From Isurus oxyrinchus (Eukaryota), in the NCBI GenBank assembly GCA_026770705.1, contig JANJGN010000167.1, forward strand, positions 930,001 through 994,000: DNA of 64,000 nucleotides, given 5' to 3'. The first letter of the stretch is position 1. The number at the start of each line of letters is the position of its first letter. The notes below the pieces were generated by a model, which was not told the DNA's origin, ran no database searches, and saw only the letters and a list, made by a program, of their open reading frames with translations. Positions 1 through 10,340 of this stretch are shown in pieces. The translations under genes were made by a program, and so were the position numbers.

Positions 1-249
1 ATAACATTCCACCTTTCACACACCATCTGAAACATGAACGACCGACTTGGCGCTGTTTAAATGTGTGAAGTGGGAGCAGCTGGCAGCAATCTCGAGCCTG
101 CCATTGTCTCATCCCTCACCCTCACCAATAGCTCCTGCTGCACTCGCCCATATGTCATGATCAAAATTCTAGAATCAAACGAATTTTAGTAAATCTCCTG
201 ATTCATCTGTAATCCATTTCATATTTCAAAGGTGAAAGTGAACATTTCT

Positions 250-680
250 GAAGACTGAACACAAAGACACTCCTATCAGATGCCCATTATGCACTTCCAC
301 CAAGACTCTGTTCCATTGATTGTATATGACACATGGATTCAGGGCAGCAATTGGGAACCTATGTTTTCGACACGGCTCCTCTTCAATTTAACCTCACAAT
401 CCATTTTGTTAACTTGGGTAAAGATTCTCATTGACCATCTCACTCATGATTTCAGCTCAATGCACTGACTGGCCTTCAGTTACATTGCTCATGGTGCTGG
501 TGATCCGGAGTGCCCTTGTGTTGTACAATACGGTGCGTCTGAGAGTGGAGCAGAGTGATGGACAAGACATGGACGGTGGGGATTGGCCTGAGAATAATGC
601 AGTAAGTTTGGGTGGGGGTGCATGGGAGGAGCCGATTGCAAATTGGGAGAGTATAGAAGTCAATAAGTAGGATCAGGCGA
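250..680 (+). mobile_element. Possible highly decayed Harbinger (HARBI1-like) transposase C-terminal remnant
   Basis: The peptides HQDSVPLI, TWIQGSNWEP..TRLL and TISLMISAQCTDWPSVTL..SALVLYN loosely follow the HARBI1 motif order (RQSQVP / GWLLGDKGYP..WLL / TIGLLKMRFRCLDRSGGAL..CCALHN). Similarity is weak. Confidence 0.3.
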
Positions 681-1339
681 AATGAAAAAAAAGGAGGAGA
701 GGTAAGGGAGCGGCAAAAGTAGGAAATGGCCAAGAGGAAAACAGTTATATTAATCATCGATATCAAAGTTATCACCAGTTAAAGCTACATTGACATAACG
801 TTTCTGAATTCACACGTTATTAAAGAATGCATCACTTTTCAACAACGTTGAGCCAGAATTATGCTCCCAAATGGGGTAATTCCATTACGACACATACTAC
901 AGTGCAGTAGGCAAAAATGAACATTATTTTACCAACAGTTGTTCCCTCTCAGTTGCATAAATACCTCTAGTTTCTTAGCGGAATATTGTGTGTCTCCTGT
1001 CCTTCGAAATTAAACCAAAATCTAATGGCACAGTTGCTCTCATTTATTGTGCTACAAGGAGAGTCATCAGCAGTTACTGAACTTTGTCAGCAGCTATACA
1101 AAGTTTTCCAGTCTTTTCATCGTGTTCCAAATTTAATTTGGCATTAGAGAATCTAGCGTGAATGATACCCAGCCTGTTCGAATCTAAATCGTGATCTATA
1201 CTTAAAAACCTGGAAGCTGACGGAATACATTTAAATACATCATTGAAGCAACAATTTTTTTAAAAAAACGATCTTCGGAGGAAAACAAATGCAGCCTCAA
1301 TTTGCAAATATTATCACTGCCCATCTGAATGCTCTTCAG

Positions 1340-1720
1340 CGTTCACAGCGCAGCATCAGTGGAGGTAAACAAAGCGAGCACTTCAGGTCGATGGATTTTC
1401 ATCAGAACTGAAAGAAAATATAAATACAACAGTTTTAAATCCAGTGGATAGCTGGAGGTGGGAGAATGTACAAAAGCGAATATCTGTGAGGGTAGACTGT
1501 TAGGGAGAAAAGGTTTCATGATTGAAAACCTGGAGAGCGTTGTAATGGCAATGGTAAAGAAACAAACAAACACTGTTTCCAGATAAGGTTGTGGATAGCT
1601 GCATAGCAACTGACCGAATGTAACCTGAAGCAATAAAGAAAGAACGGTGATAAAAAAAAGGCAAAAACACATCTGGAAACTGAGGTAATGAAATTTAAAT
1701 CAACGCAACAAAGCCCGAAC
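1340..1720. mobile_element. Old Penelope-like terminal (pLTR) fragment
   Basis: gcagcatcagtggag...ttcaggtcgatggattttcatcagaactg resembles the Penelope-like termini elsewhere in the window. The minus strand reads agttCTGATGA..., a hammerhead core remnant. The right boundary is uncertain. Confidence 0.5.
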
Positions 1721-2587
1721 AAATCATTTCGATTTACGTGGCAATATAAAGAAACGCGATTGAATCAATATTACCTTTGGAGGTTAATGCTTAAGGAAGC
1801 ACCTTGACTTGTTACCGGCGGTAGGAGAGAGCAAAGGAAGGGATTGACTGATTTATGTTACTGTACGTTATGCAGAAAAGAGGGATAAATGCTGGAGATT
1901 TTTAATAAAGAATTTGCCGACTGACCTACTTACAAACCTACAATGTGTGATTCTCAGAATTTAGAACGTTACAAGGAATGAAACGTCTTTCTTTCAAAGG
2001 GATGGTTTCACACTTCCCACAACAGACAGCAAACAAGATCACTTACGCACTCGCGGAATCCATCTCCCGAAATAAATGCAATATCCAAAGCTTTGAAGAC
2101 CCTGTACCTATTACTTCTTAATTCTCTCAGTGAGCATTGATGTTTGCAGCAACAGTGGGATACAGTTCAAATATTTACATTGCAAAACTGCCCATGATGG
2201 CGCCATTTCTCAGGATGGGAGTTCCTGAGTTCAGTTCTCAGTGGTGCCTCTACTCGTTTGATTCAATGTATGGCTTTAAACTAAACAAACACAGGCCGGA
2301 AATAGCATTGAGCATTATGTCATATTATAGAGAAGCCGGAAACGTTCAAAGTTACCATTCGATGTTTCGAAGGCTTGGTATAGATACCTGGGTAACAACA
2401 GTTATCACATCACACGCCACTGGTAAGGAAAGAGCACTTGTACAAGTTAGAAGATTTGTGAAATGAAGCGAAAGGAAGCCTGCCTGTTCGTCTGCTCGTG
2501 AGGGAAATGCGCCGTGGAAGGAAATGGACAAAAAGAAGAGTGTGTGCCTCCTGTCAGGCAGTGGATGGAGGTATGGAGCTCGAAACA

Positions 2588-2660
2588 GCCCGTTTAGCTT
2601 ATCTGGTAAAGCATTGAGCAGTTAATTTAAGGCTGCAGCGTTCCAATCCACGTCTGATCG
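2588..2660 (+). pseudogene. Degenerate tRNA-Lys pseudogene
   Basis: The 73 nt GCCCGTTTAGCTTATCTGGTAAAGCATTGAGCAGTTAATTTAAGGCTGCAGCGTTCCAATCCACGTCTGATCG aligns without gaps to vertebrate tRNA-Lys (GCCCGGCTAGCTCAGTCGGTAGAGCAT...TTAATCT...GTTC...GGGCG). Stems are broken, and a TTTT follows. Confidence 0.6.
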
Positions 2661-2950
2661 CCGATTTTAGGTCAAGGTGTTTACTTCCTATGAAAAGGGA
2701 AAAACAAACCGAGCAATGTCCTCTGAATACTTCATGGAGACAGGGAGATACCGAGACGACTCTTGCATTTGCATAAAATTTCATCGTCAGGACATTGTGG
2801 CTGGCTCGGAATTTATTTTAAAAAAGCTTTCTAGATTTCAAGCTACCCTAAGTGTGTAAAAGTGTGAAACGTGCTACCTGACTTTTCCCTTCATTGGCCG
2901 AGAGGCCATCCTTGGGGATCAGTGTCAAAAACATCCTAAGATTCAACCCT

Positions 2951-3123
2951 AAACAAAAACAGAATTACCTGGAAAAACTTCAAGTTCTGTCGAAGGGTCA
3001 TGAGGACTCGAAACGTCAACTCTTTTCTTCTCCGCCGATGCTGCCAGACCTGCTGAGTTTTTCCAGGTAATTCTGTTTTTGTTTTGGATTTCCAGCATCC
3101 ACAGTTTTTTTTTGTTTTTATCT
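2951..3123. mobile_element. 173-bp Penelope-like insertion with internal inversion and 15-bp TSD
   Basis: TSD ctaagattcaaccct is at 2936-2950 and 3124-3138. Segment 2951-2979 is the reverse complement of 3057-3085. Same family as 25953-26521 and 60196-61559. Confidence 0.85.
2983..3021 (+). ncRNA. Minimal type I hammerhead ribozyme-like motif (Penelope-associated, variant core)
   Basis: AGTT-CTGTCGA-A-GGGTC-atgag-GACTC-GAAAC-GTC-AACT gives stem I AGTT/AACT, stem II GGGTC/GACTC, GAAA, palindromic ACGT stem III and a GUC cleavage triplet. Confidence 0.7.
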
Positions 3124-3519
3124 CTAAGATTCAACCCTATTCTTTCTGCCGGGAAACAGTTCTCCTTACTTAACTTGGCAATTCATTTTCACTGGATAAG
3201 AACCTCGATCAGATCACCGTCATTCTTCTATACTCAAGGGAAGAGAAAATGTTTGGAACCCTGAAAAGAATAATGTGCAGGGGACCAGGGAGAAGGCTGG
3301 GCAGTGACAGTGATGAATTGTTCATTCAAGTGCCAGCACAGATCCTTTGTGCCAAATGGCATCATTAGGTGCTGTAACCATTCTATGATTCAGTGAGTAT
3401 GGAACTTGTACTCCGATCGTAACACCCTAAACAGTGGAATCTGAGTGGTTAATCTTCACTGTTTCCACACCAAGATCATTATAATCGTGTTTGTTCCTCT
3501 GAGTCGTGTCTTTAATAAC

Positions 3520-3935
3520 ATAGGAATTAGGAACAAGTGTATCATGTACTGGTCTTTACGGCTTCTCAAACTTACTGGCTGATGTTCCTCAATTGTATTT
3601 ATCTGAACTATCACATTGTTCCAATAAATCCAATGGAACACCGGGAGATATCGATCTCTGCTTTGAACTTCCATAACTCTCCCATGTCTGGAATTCAGAA
3701 GATTCCAAACCGTTTGAATGAAAACAGTTTTCCTCATTTGGCGGATAATGGCTGATGCATTTTTTTTGAGACTCTGACCAATAGTCCTCTAATCCCTAGC
3801 CTTAGTAAAAATATTTCCAACATCTACCCTGTCAAGGCCCATAAAATGCTAAATCCTTCAATCAAATCTCCTCCAATTCTTTGATATTTGAGACGAATCC
3901 ATCTGCTCTATCCCCTTCTCACTGATTGCTTCAGG
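3520..3935 (-). mobile_element. Decayed CR1 LINE 3' fragment
   Basis: aacataggaattaggaac... is the CR1 tail in reverse, followed by catctaccctgtcaaggccc...tcaatcaaatctcctc. Compare 63360-64000. Confidence 0.6.
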
Positions 3936-4189
3936 AGTCATGCCGCGGCTTGGGCGCTCCTTCAAAGGAAAGTTCTCAATTTGCACTGTCACGCCGCCCC
4001 AAAACAGACCCACAATGGTATTTGCAGCAATACAATTCAAAGTTTCGCATTAGAAGCCAAGTTTTTAAGTAGTGTCTATGTGTTATTTTGTTAAAACGCC
4101 TGCTTAGTAAATAGCAATTGCTGAAATCCAATCCCTCCAATGCTTCTATTCATGCATGAATTTAAATTAGATCAACTAAGTCCAGAAGG

Positions 4190-5410
4190 AGCCCTGATTA
4201 TTACGCGGGGATATGCATAAGCAGCATTTTGGTTTTTTGCCGACAATAGCTGCGAGGGTGGAAGGGATTGACTGATTTATGTTACTGCGCGTTATGCAAG
4301 AAAGGGTGGGGAGGGCTAAGTGTTGTAGCTTGTTAATGAAGACCTTGGGCTGACACATTTATTTACACCCCCACACCTTGTGATTCATCCAATTTAGAAC
4401 TTTATTCTGAATGAGCTTTCTTGCTTTCAATGGGATGGTATCACACTTTACCACATAACACAGCATATGATCCCGTTTACCTACTCACTAAATCTATCTC
4501 TGTTCCTTTGTTGTTTCCCTCCCCAAGTTCTGCAAATTCAAAAATTTCAAATTCGTTGAAATAAATGCAATATGTTGAGGGTTGTGACGCCTCTTCCCCA
4601 TGGCTGCTTTGGGAAACCTTGCGACCAGACTCTCGATAGCCAGGTTTGCAGTACATCAGACTCTTGTCCTGAGGTGCAGGGCTCCAGGACCTGTTTCCAC
4701 GCTGCATTTTGGTTCAAGGTGTTCACTCCCAAATAAATTACAAGAGCAAAACGAGCAACGTCCGCGGAATCCTTCAAGGAGAGCAGAATAAAATGAGATG
4801 TTTCATTGGCACAGAAAGAAAGATAAACCAATCTTATCGCAATTGAGGTAACCTCGATCATTTTTAACAACCTTTTTCTAGATTTACAGCTATCCCAGAT
4901 GTGAAAAGTGCTTCCTGACTTTCCGCCTGCTGGGACTGTACTCTATCGCCAAGGAACAGTGGCATAAAAATGTTAAAATTCAAGACCATTTTCCGCCGGG
5001 GAGAAAGTTGCTCTGTATTGAACCTAATAAATAACTTTACCGGGGTAGATACCTCGATGAAATCACCACTCACTCTCTTATGCACAAGAAAACATAAAAG
5101 GGAGAAGCCCCTGAAAAGAGGAAAAAAAAACATGCAGAGACCAGGGAGAAGTTTAGGGATTGACACGGGGAAAATATCTCCTTCAGAGAGTCAGCAGGGA
5201 CTGGAAGGGCCAATTAGCCTATGAGGACACCACTCTCCGATTATCAAACCTGAATTCCTAAGCTAACCTACCAAGCTCCGGAACACCACTTGTGTATCAG
5301 CACTGATTCCACTCCATGGTCAACATAACGCTAATGTTTCCCCTGAGCGGTGTCTGTAAGGACATGAGAAATAGGAGAACGTGCGGCATCCATTTCACGG
5401 CTTCTCAAAG
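4190..5410 (+). repeat. Diverged tandem/segmental duplication, copy 2
   Basis: Colinear with 1770-3570 but lacks the Penelope insertion at the homologous site (aaaattcaagaccatt...gccgggg). Confidence 0.8.
4630..4701 (+). pseudogene. Degenerate tRNA-Lys pseudogene (paralog of 2588-2660)
   Basis: ctctcGATAGC...CATCAGACTcTT..CTGAGG..CAGGGcTC..CCTGTT matches tRNA-Lys(TTT) GGATAGC...CATCAGACTTTTAATCTGAGGGTCCAGGGTTCAAGTCCCTGTT. It has the same 3' flank (ttttggttcaaggtgttcact) as copy 1. Confidence 0.55.
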
Positions 5411-6122
5411 ATTCAAGAGTTTCCTGACTGATCGGTCGCATCAGTTGCTTTTCTTGAAAGTTCTCAGTTCGAACATCGATTGTCTGTGAGGACAGGAGTC
5501 GGAAGCTTTCATGTCACAACAAACCAGAGTTTTGTAATGGAAGTAGAACAAAAAAAAAGATTTGTAGAAGCCATTACTTCAGCCTTAGCTGGTGCATCCC
5601 GTGTAGTTCTGTGTCTTGCACTTTAGGATGTTTGTGAAGATGTGAAGGATGTTGGAAAAATTGAAGAAAAGATTCACGAGAATCTGAAAATTCGTGGCAG
5701 CCACCCGTCAAAATTAGTTTGTTTTACTCTTTCAAACTCAATATAAATTTGCCCAGGCTGTTTTCTTATATTCCTAAATTCCTGTCCGTACGCCTCAGGC
5801 ACGAGCTCATATGCATTCAAAATAGTCTTTTTATAACATCATAGTTCACCGACATTTCTTCTGACAGAAAAGCATTACCTCATGTGCTCTACCCACCAAC
5901 CTGGACGGTAACAATCATGTCCAGTTTTCCTGTCGCCATTCTATCTGTTTATTTATATTCTGAAATGAAATAAATAATGTTTGAACACATTTTTCCTCAA
6001 TCTTAAGAAGAGCTTGCACAAATTTAGTATTCTTCCCAAAGGGTTTTATGTTAAAAGATTTTTCATCATCAATAATTTCCACAGAAGCTGAGGTCTCGTT
6101 TTTAACTACCAGCCTCTCAAGC

Positions 6123-6717
6123 CAATATTCTCTGGGGCCTTCCTTAAATCCTCTTCCCTATTGTTAACTTTTCGCTCTCGAGACTGCAGTCTTCGGATTT
6201 CCGTTTCTTTTTGAAATGATCTCTCTTTTACCCTTTATTTTCCTGCTCCGTCTAGTAACAGTTTATTCATTTCCAATTCTTTTCATTTTCGTTTGCCTCC
6301 AATTCAAGCTTTCTCAGTCCCTTTGCTTATTCAAATTCAAGCCTCTTCATTTCTAACTGAAATCTCACGACCTCCAGCTGTGACTCACTAGTGACAGGTA
6401 TAACTTCGATTTTTTAATGCTGTGCTAGGCCTTCAATTATATCTGCTTTCTCACCCACTGCAGGTAACCCCAATTGTAATCTGTCTGCCAATTCCAGTGA
6501 CTTAACTTTAGTTTCTTTTTGTAAACCAGCCAAAGTCATAACTTCAACTACCAAACAACTCTCAACAACTGCCAAAGCCATATTGCAGTCTCACCACTAC
6601 AAAATACCTCACCCCAACTCCTGAATTCAAAAGCTTCTGGTACTCGTAACCTTAAGATTCAACAACTACAAAACAGTCAAGGAACTTCAAATCTATCCCA
6701 CAAAGATCTCCCATCTA
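6123..6717 (-). mobile_element. Gypsy-type LTR retrotransposon 5' internal region (degenerate PBS, leader, gag N-terminus pseudogene)
   Basis: An ATG at 6581 gives MALAVVESCLVVEVMTLAGLQKETKVKSLELADRLQLGLPAVGEKADIIEGLAQH*, followed by E/K-rich coiled-coil coding typical of vertebrate Gypsy gag. A degenerate tRNA-Pro-like PBS abuts the LTR end at 6718. Confidence 0.7.
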
Positions 6718-8263
6718 TGTTATCGCACAGCCGATGGTGAATGCTGAGCTGTTTAATCCCAAATGAGAAATTTGAAACAACTGCCACAAATTATTCTGCA
6801 AATTGTATAAATTTCGAATGAGTGCCCTGAATTCAGTGGTAACAAGACATTACATTTTCATAGAATTTTACGAAGCTTGATTGAACGTTTATTAATGGAA
6901 GAATGTATAAACACGTGCATAGATCTACACATTATTCTATGATGACTTCCAAATCCGTTCTCAACCTGACTCCAGGTTACACATTCATAAAGGCAAGAAT
7001 AAGAAAGAGATTATAAAAGACCCAGACAAAGGAACCTTTGCGGAATATATTTGAAGTTCCTTGACTTTTTTGTAGTTGTCGAATTTTAAGGTTCCGAGTA
7101 TCAGAAGATTTAAATTCAGGAGTTGGGGTGAGGCATTTTTTAGTGGTCAGACTGCTGTTGAGACTTGTTTGGGAGTTGAAGTTATGACTTTGGCTGGTTT
7201 ACAAAAAGTAACTAAAGTCAAGCCACTGGAATTGGCAGATAGATTGCAATTGGGGTTACGTGCAGAGGGTGAGAAAGCAGATATGATTGAATGCCTAGCA
7301 CAGCATTAAAAATTCGAACTTATACCTGACACTAGTAAGTCACAGCTGGAGGTCGTGAGACCTCAGTTAGAAATGAAGAGGCTTGAATTTTAACAAGTAA
7401 AGGGACTGAGAAAGCTTGAATTGGAGGCAAACGAAAATGAAAAAGAATTGGAATTGAATAAATTGTTATTAGATGGAGCAGGAAAATAAAGGGTAAAAGA
7501 GAGATCATTTCAAAAAGAAACGGAAATCCGAGGACTACACTCTCGAGAGGGAAAAGTTGACAATAGTAAAGAGGATTAAGGAAGGCCCCAGAGAATATTG
7601 AATCTTGTACACTGAGCATCTCGTCTTCTGAGTGATTTTCTTAACTTCAGCCCTTTCAAGACAGTAGCTTGAGGCATAAATGCTGATGGCATTTTCACAC
7701 ACTTGTAAGATCTTGAAAATGCCTTCCCTTACACACAGCCCTTTTTCATTCTTTATGCATATCTTCATCTTTAAATGCAAATATCTATTGCATCACTATG
7801 TTCTGGTCCTTATCCCCCAGATAAGAAAACACTTCTCATCGCACTAAGATTTATCAATAATTTTTGGGGAAAGATAAACACTGTTTCTAAACTTCACCTA
7901 GATAGGTGATACATTTCACCAGTGCCATCCCCCCCCCCGTCCCCATGCCCCCCTCCCCCAAACCCCCCACCCCCACCACCACCACCCCCCCACCCCCAAA
8001 CCCCACTTTGAAAACAATCTGGAATGGTTTGTTACAAAATGCAAGTGCCCCCTTGAGGCATATATTTCTAAACACCCCCATGCTTATCTAATTTACATTT
8101 CAAACCTAACCTCTCTTCTTAGATCAAACCACCCAGGCTAGCTGCCTCTAATTTAATTAAATCACACACAGAGACATACGTAGTTACATATACACATCTC
8201 ACCGTTACTCTATTTTACAACAAATTCTAGTGAGATTATGAGAATTATTATGTCTTCTTGACA
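6718..8263 (-). mobile_element. Gypsy-type LTR (TGTCAAG...ATAACA) interrupted by an inverted gag copy
   Basis: On the minus strand it begins TGTCA at 8263 and ends TAACA at 6718, immediately before the PBS and gag. An AATAAA lies at about 6893-6888. Confidence 0.6.
7036..7600 (+). repeat. Inverted duplicate of 6123-6705 (leader and gag start)
   Basis: For example, aaagggactgagaaagcttgaattggaggcaaacgaaaatgaaaaagaattgg is the reverse complement of about 6273-6325. This copy lacks the short segment carrying the gag ATG. Confidence 0.9.
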
Positions 8264-8740
8264 CCGAGCGCCATGCCACTGCTGAGGTCCAAACAGTGTT
8301 TCACACAGGTTCATCATAATTTCCTTACTTTTGAACTTTTTGCCCCTGGAATGTAAGCCATGGGAAAAGTTGCTATACGATTGAACATGTCTTATTATTC
8401 ATCTTACCTAGAGGTCCAAACAGAATGTGCGTCTTCTGCTCCCTAATATGCCTGTGAATCTTGGCCTGTCTGCATAAAAGTTACAGAACGGGACATGGGG
8501 AAGTAAAAGAATTAGTGCTGAATCTTGTGAAATATAATTCCAATTATGGTTTAAGTCTACCTAATGGCTGATGTCAACTTCAGGAAAGTCCATCAAATAT
8601 TATAAGTTTCAGCTAACTCTCTTATCAGGTGCTGTGTGCATTACAAATTTGTTGCCAATGCTTGAAGAAAAAACAGGAACCAGTAGGGACTGGTTCAGTA
8701 CCAAAATTCAGAGTGCTACTCTGCGATCCTATCATAGTCA

Positions 8741-8812
8741 GCGATGGTGGTGTAATGGTAAGCATGGCTGCTTCCTAAGGAATTGACCTGGGTTCGATCC
8801 CCAGCCATCGCA
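8741..8812 (+). tRNA. tRNA-Gly(TCC)-derived gene or pseudogene with a disrupted anticodon arm
   Basis: The 72 nt GCGATGGTGGTGTAATGGTAAGCATGGCTGCTTCCTAAGGAATTGACCTGGGTTCGATCCCCAGCCATCGCA has a paired acceptor stem (GCGATGG/CCATCGC), a paired T stem (CTGGG/CCCAG) and A/B boxes. The anticodon stem has two mismatches. Confidence 0.8.
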
Positions 8813-9149
8813 ATCTTTCACCTTCAAGCCAGTCAATTAGACGATGGGCATTTTAGAGTTAAACAGTACCAAAATACCCTTTCATACCCTTGGCCGCCAT
8901 TAAGTACCTGTCTATTCTAATCCTATTTTCCAGCAATTAGCCCGGCGAAATGCCCACTTAAAATTCCCCTGTAAGCTATGGCGTTTCAAGTACTCATCTA
9001 AAAACATTTTTACTTTCAAATGTATGTGGGTGCAATTCAAATAAAAATATGTGCCAGCTTTATTTAAAATTTTACTCACTTTTCATCCTTATCCATAATA
9101 ACTATGATTTTCCGTGAACTGCAGTGTGAAATCGGAATGGAATTATTGG

Positions 9150-9330
9150 GATTAAAAAATAAGAAAGTGCTGGAATAGTTTCTCTGCTTTGGCAGCTTCT
9201 GTGGAGAGGAAAAAAAAAGTGTTAACTTTTCGAGGCCAATATGACTCTTCTTCGGAACCAGGGAGAGGTAGAAATGTGATGGGTTTCATGCTGTTGATTA
9301 AAGTGGGGAGGGAGAGGTGGAGCAGAATAG
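9150..9330. mobile_element. Old Penelope-like terminal fragment
   Basis: aagaaagtgctggaata...ggcagcttctgtggagagg...gttaacttttcgaggccaatatgactcttcttcggaac. Confidence 0.6.
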
Positions 9331-9555
9331 ATCTGCTTTCAGTTGAATTCAGAAAGCTGCGAATGAAGGCGATTTGTCACCTTCTTGTTAAATCTTTCTC
9401 CTGATGGTTATGTTAAATACAAAATAAAAGCAAATTGCATTTTATTGAAACAGTTGGTTCCTGCAGCTTTAGAAATTGTCTAATTAAAGATCAGCCAATG
9501 GCGGCCTCTACTTTCCCGTGTTTCACTTCATGGTCAGAGTTTGGTTTAAACATAG

Positions 9556-9635
9556 AAATAAAAACAAAAAAACTGCGGATGCTGGAAATCCAAAACAAAA
9601 ACAAAAACAAAATTACCTGGAAAAACTCAGCAGGT
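9556..9635. mobile_element. Short Penelope-like terminus
   Basis: ataaaaacaaaaaaactgcggatgctggaaatccaaaacaaaaac...ttacctggaaaaactcagcaggt is near identical to 25951-26025. Confidence 0.8.
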
Positions 9636-9749
9636 GCTTGGGATGGGCCCTGACAGAGTATTAAATGGCGGGCGTGCAGCAGATTCAGTACTAAAAGTTC
9701 CAGTGTTACAGATTGTGCTGACAACTCTTCAGAAAATGTAGGTTGCTAA

Positions 9750-10280
9750 CTCCAATATCATTGCACAGCCTGACTGACTGTTATGGCCATATTGAAAAGC
9801 GTGTAATATTCTTTGGTTGTATTGAAACACCTCGTGATCCATGTGTAAAAGTTAAACAGACTGCACTTTCTGTGATGTCGATTTAGGAGTATTTTTTTAA
9901 ATTTATTTCTGATATTTTAACAATAAAGTATATTTATATATTTTAAAAAAAAAATACTGTTCTCACTGAGGGATTTGGAAACATATGGACCACTCGGGCT
10001 ATAGGGCTCACAATGAATGCAAGCATTGAATAGTAATTGTTTTCTAATTGCATTGAAGCACCTCAGATTCAAAATGATGTATGTTGATAACTCCAGGCGC
10101 ATTGCACTGCCTGATTGTCTATAATGACCATGTTGAAATGAGTGTAATATTCATTAATTGTATTGAAGCACTTTGTGACCAATGTGTAAATGGTGAAAAT
10201 GATTGCACTTTTTGTGAAGACGATTTAGAATTGTTTTGTTATGTTCTTTCAGATATTTTATGAATAAAGTGTATTTTTCA
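9750..10280 (+). mobile_element. Two tandem L1/Tx1-like 3' ends
   Basis: A diverged direct repeat (tgtattgaa.cac...gtga.c.atgtgtaaa...tgcacttt...gatatttta..AATAAAgt.tattt) occurs at about 9818-9937 and 10159-10278. The first copy is followed by an A-run. Confidence 0.5.
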
Positions 10281-10340
10281 ATTTCAAACATACTATTCAG
10301 AAAACGGCCAGGACCAAGCAGGCAAATCTGTCGGGGGGAT

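Larger units (their letters stand above)
1770..3570 (+). repeat. Diverged tandem/segmental duplication, copy 1 (carries a tRNA-Lys pseudogene)
   Basis: Colinear blocks are shared with 4190-5410: ggaagggattgactgatttatgttactg, gggatggt.tcacactt, ttctagattt..agcta, and ttacggcttctcaaa vs tcacggcttctcaaa. Confidence 0.8.

Noticed and set aside
2137-2466. 109-aa ORF in duplication copy 1
   Set aside because: No homology recognised, and it has no counterpart in copy 2.
7929-8005. C-run tract (G-quadruplex potential; Pro- or Gly-rich ORFs)
   Set aside because: Simple-sequence expansion inside the LTR, and similar tracts occur elsewhere in the window.
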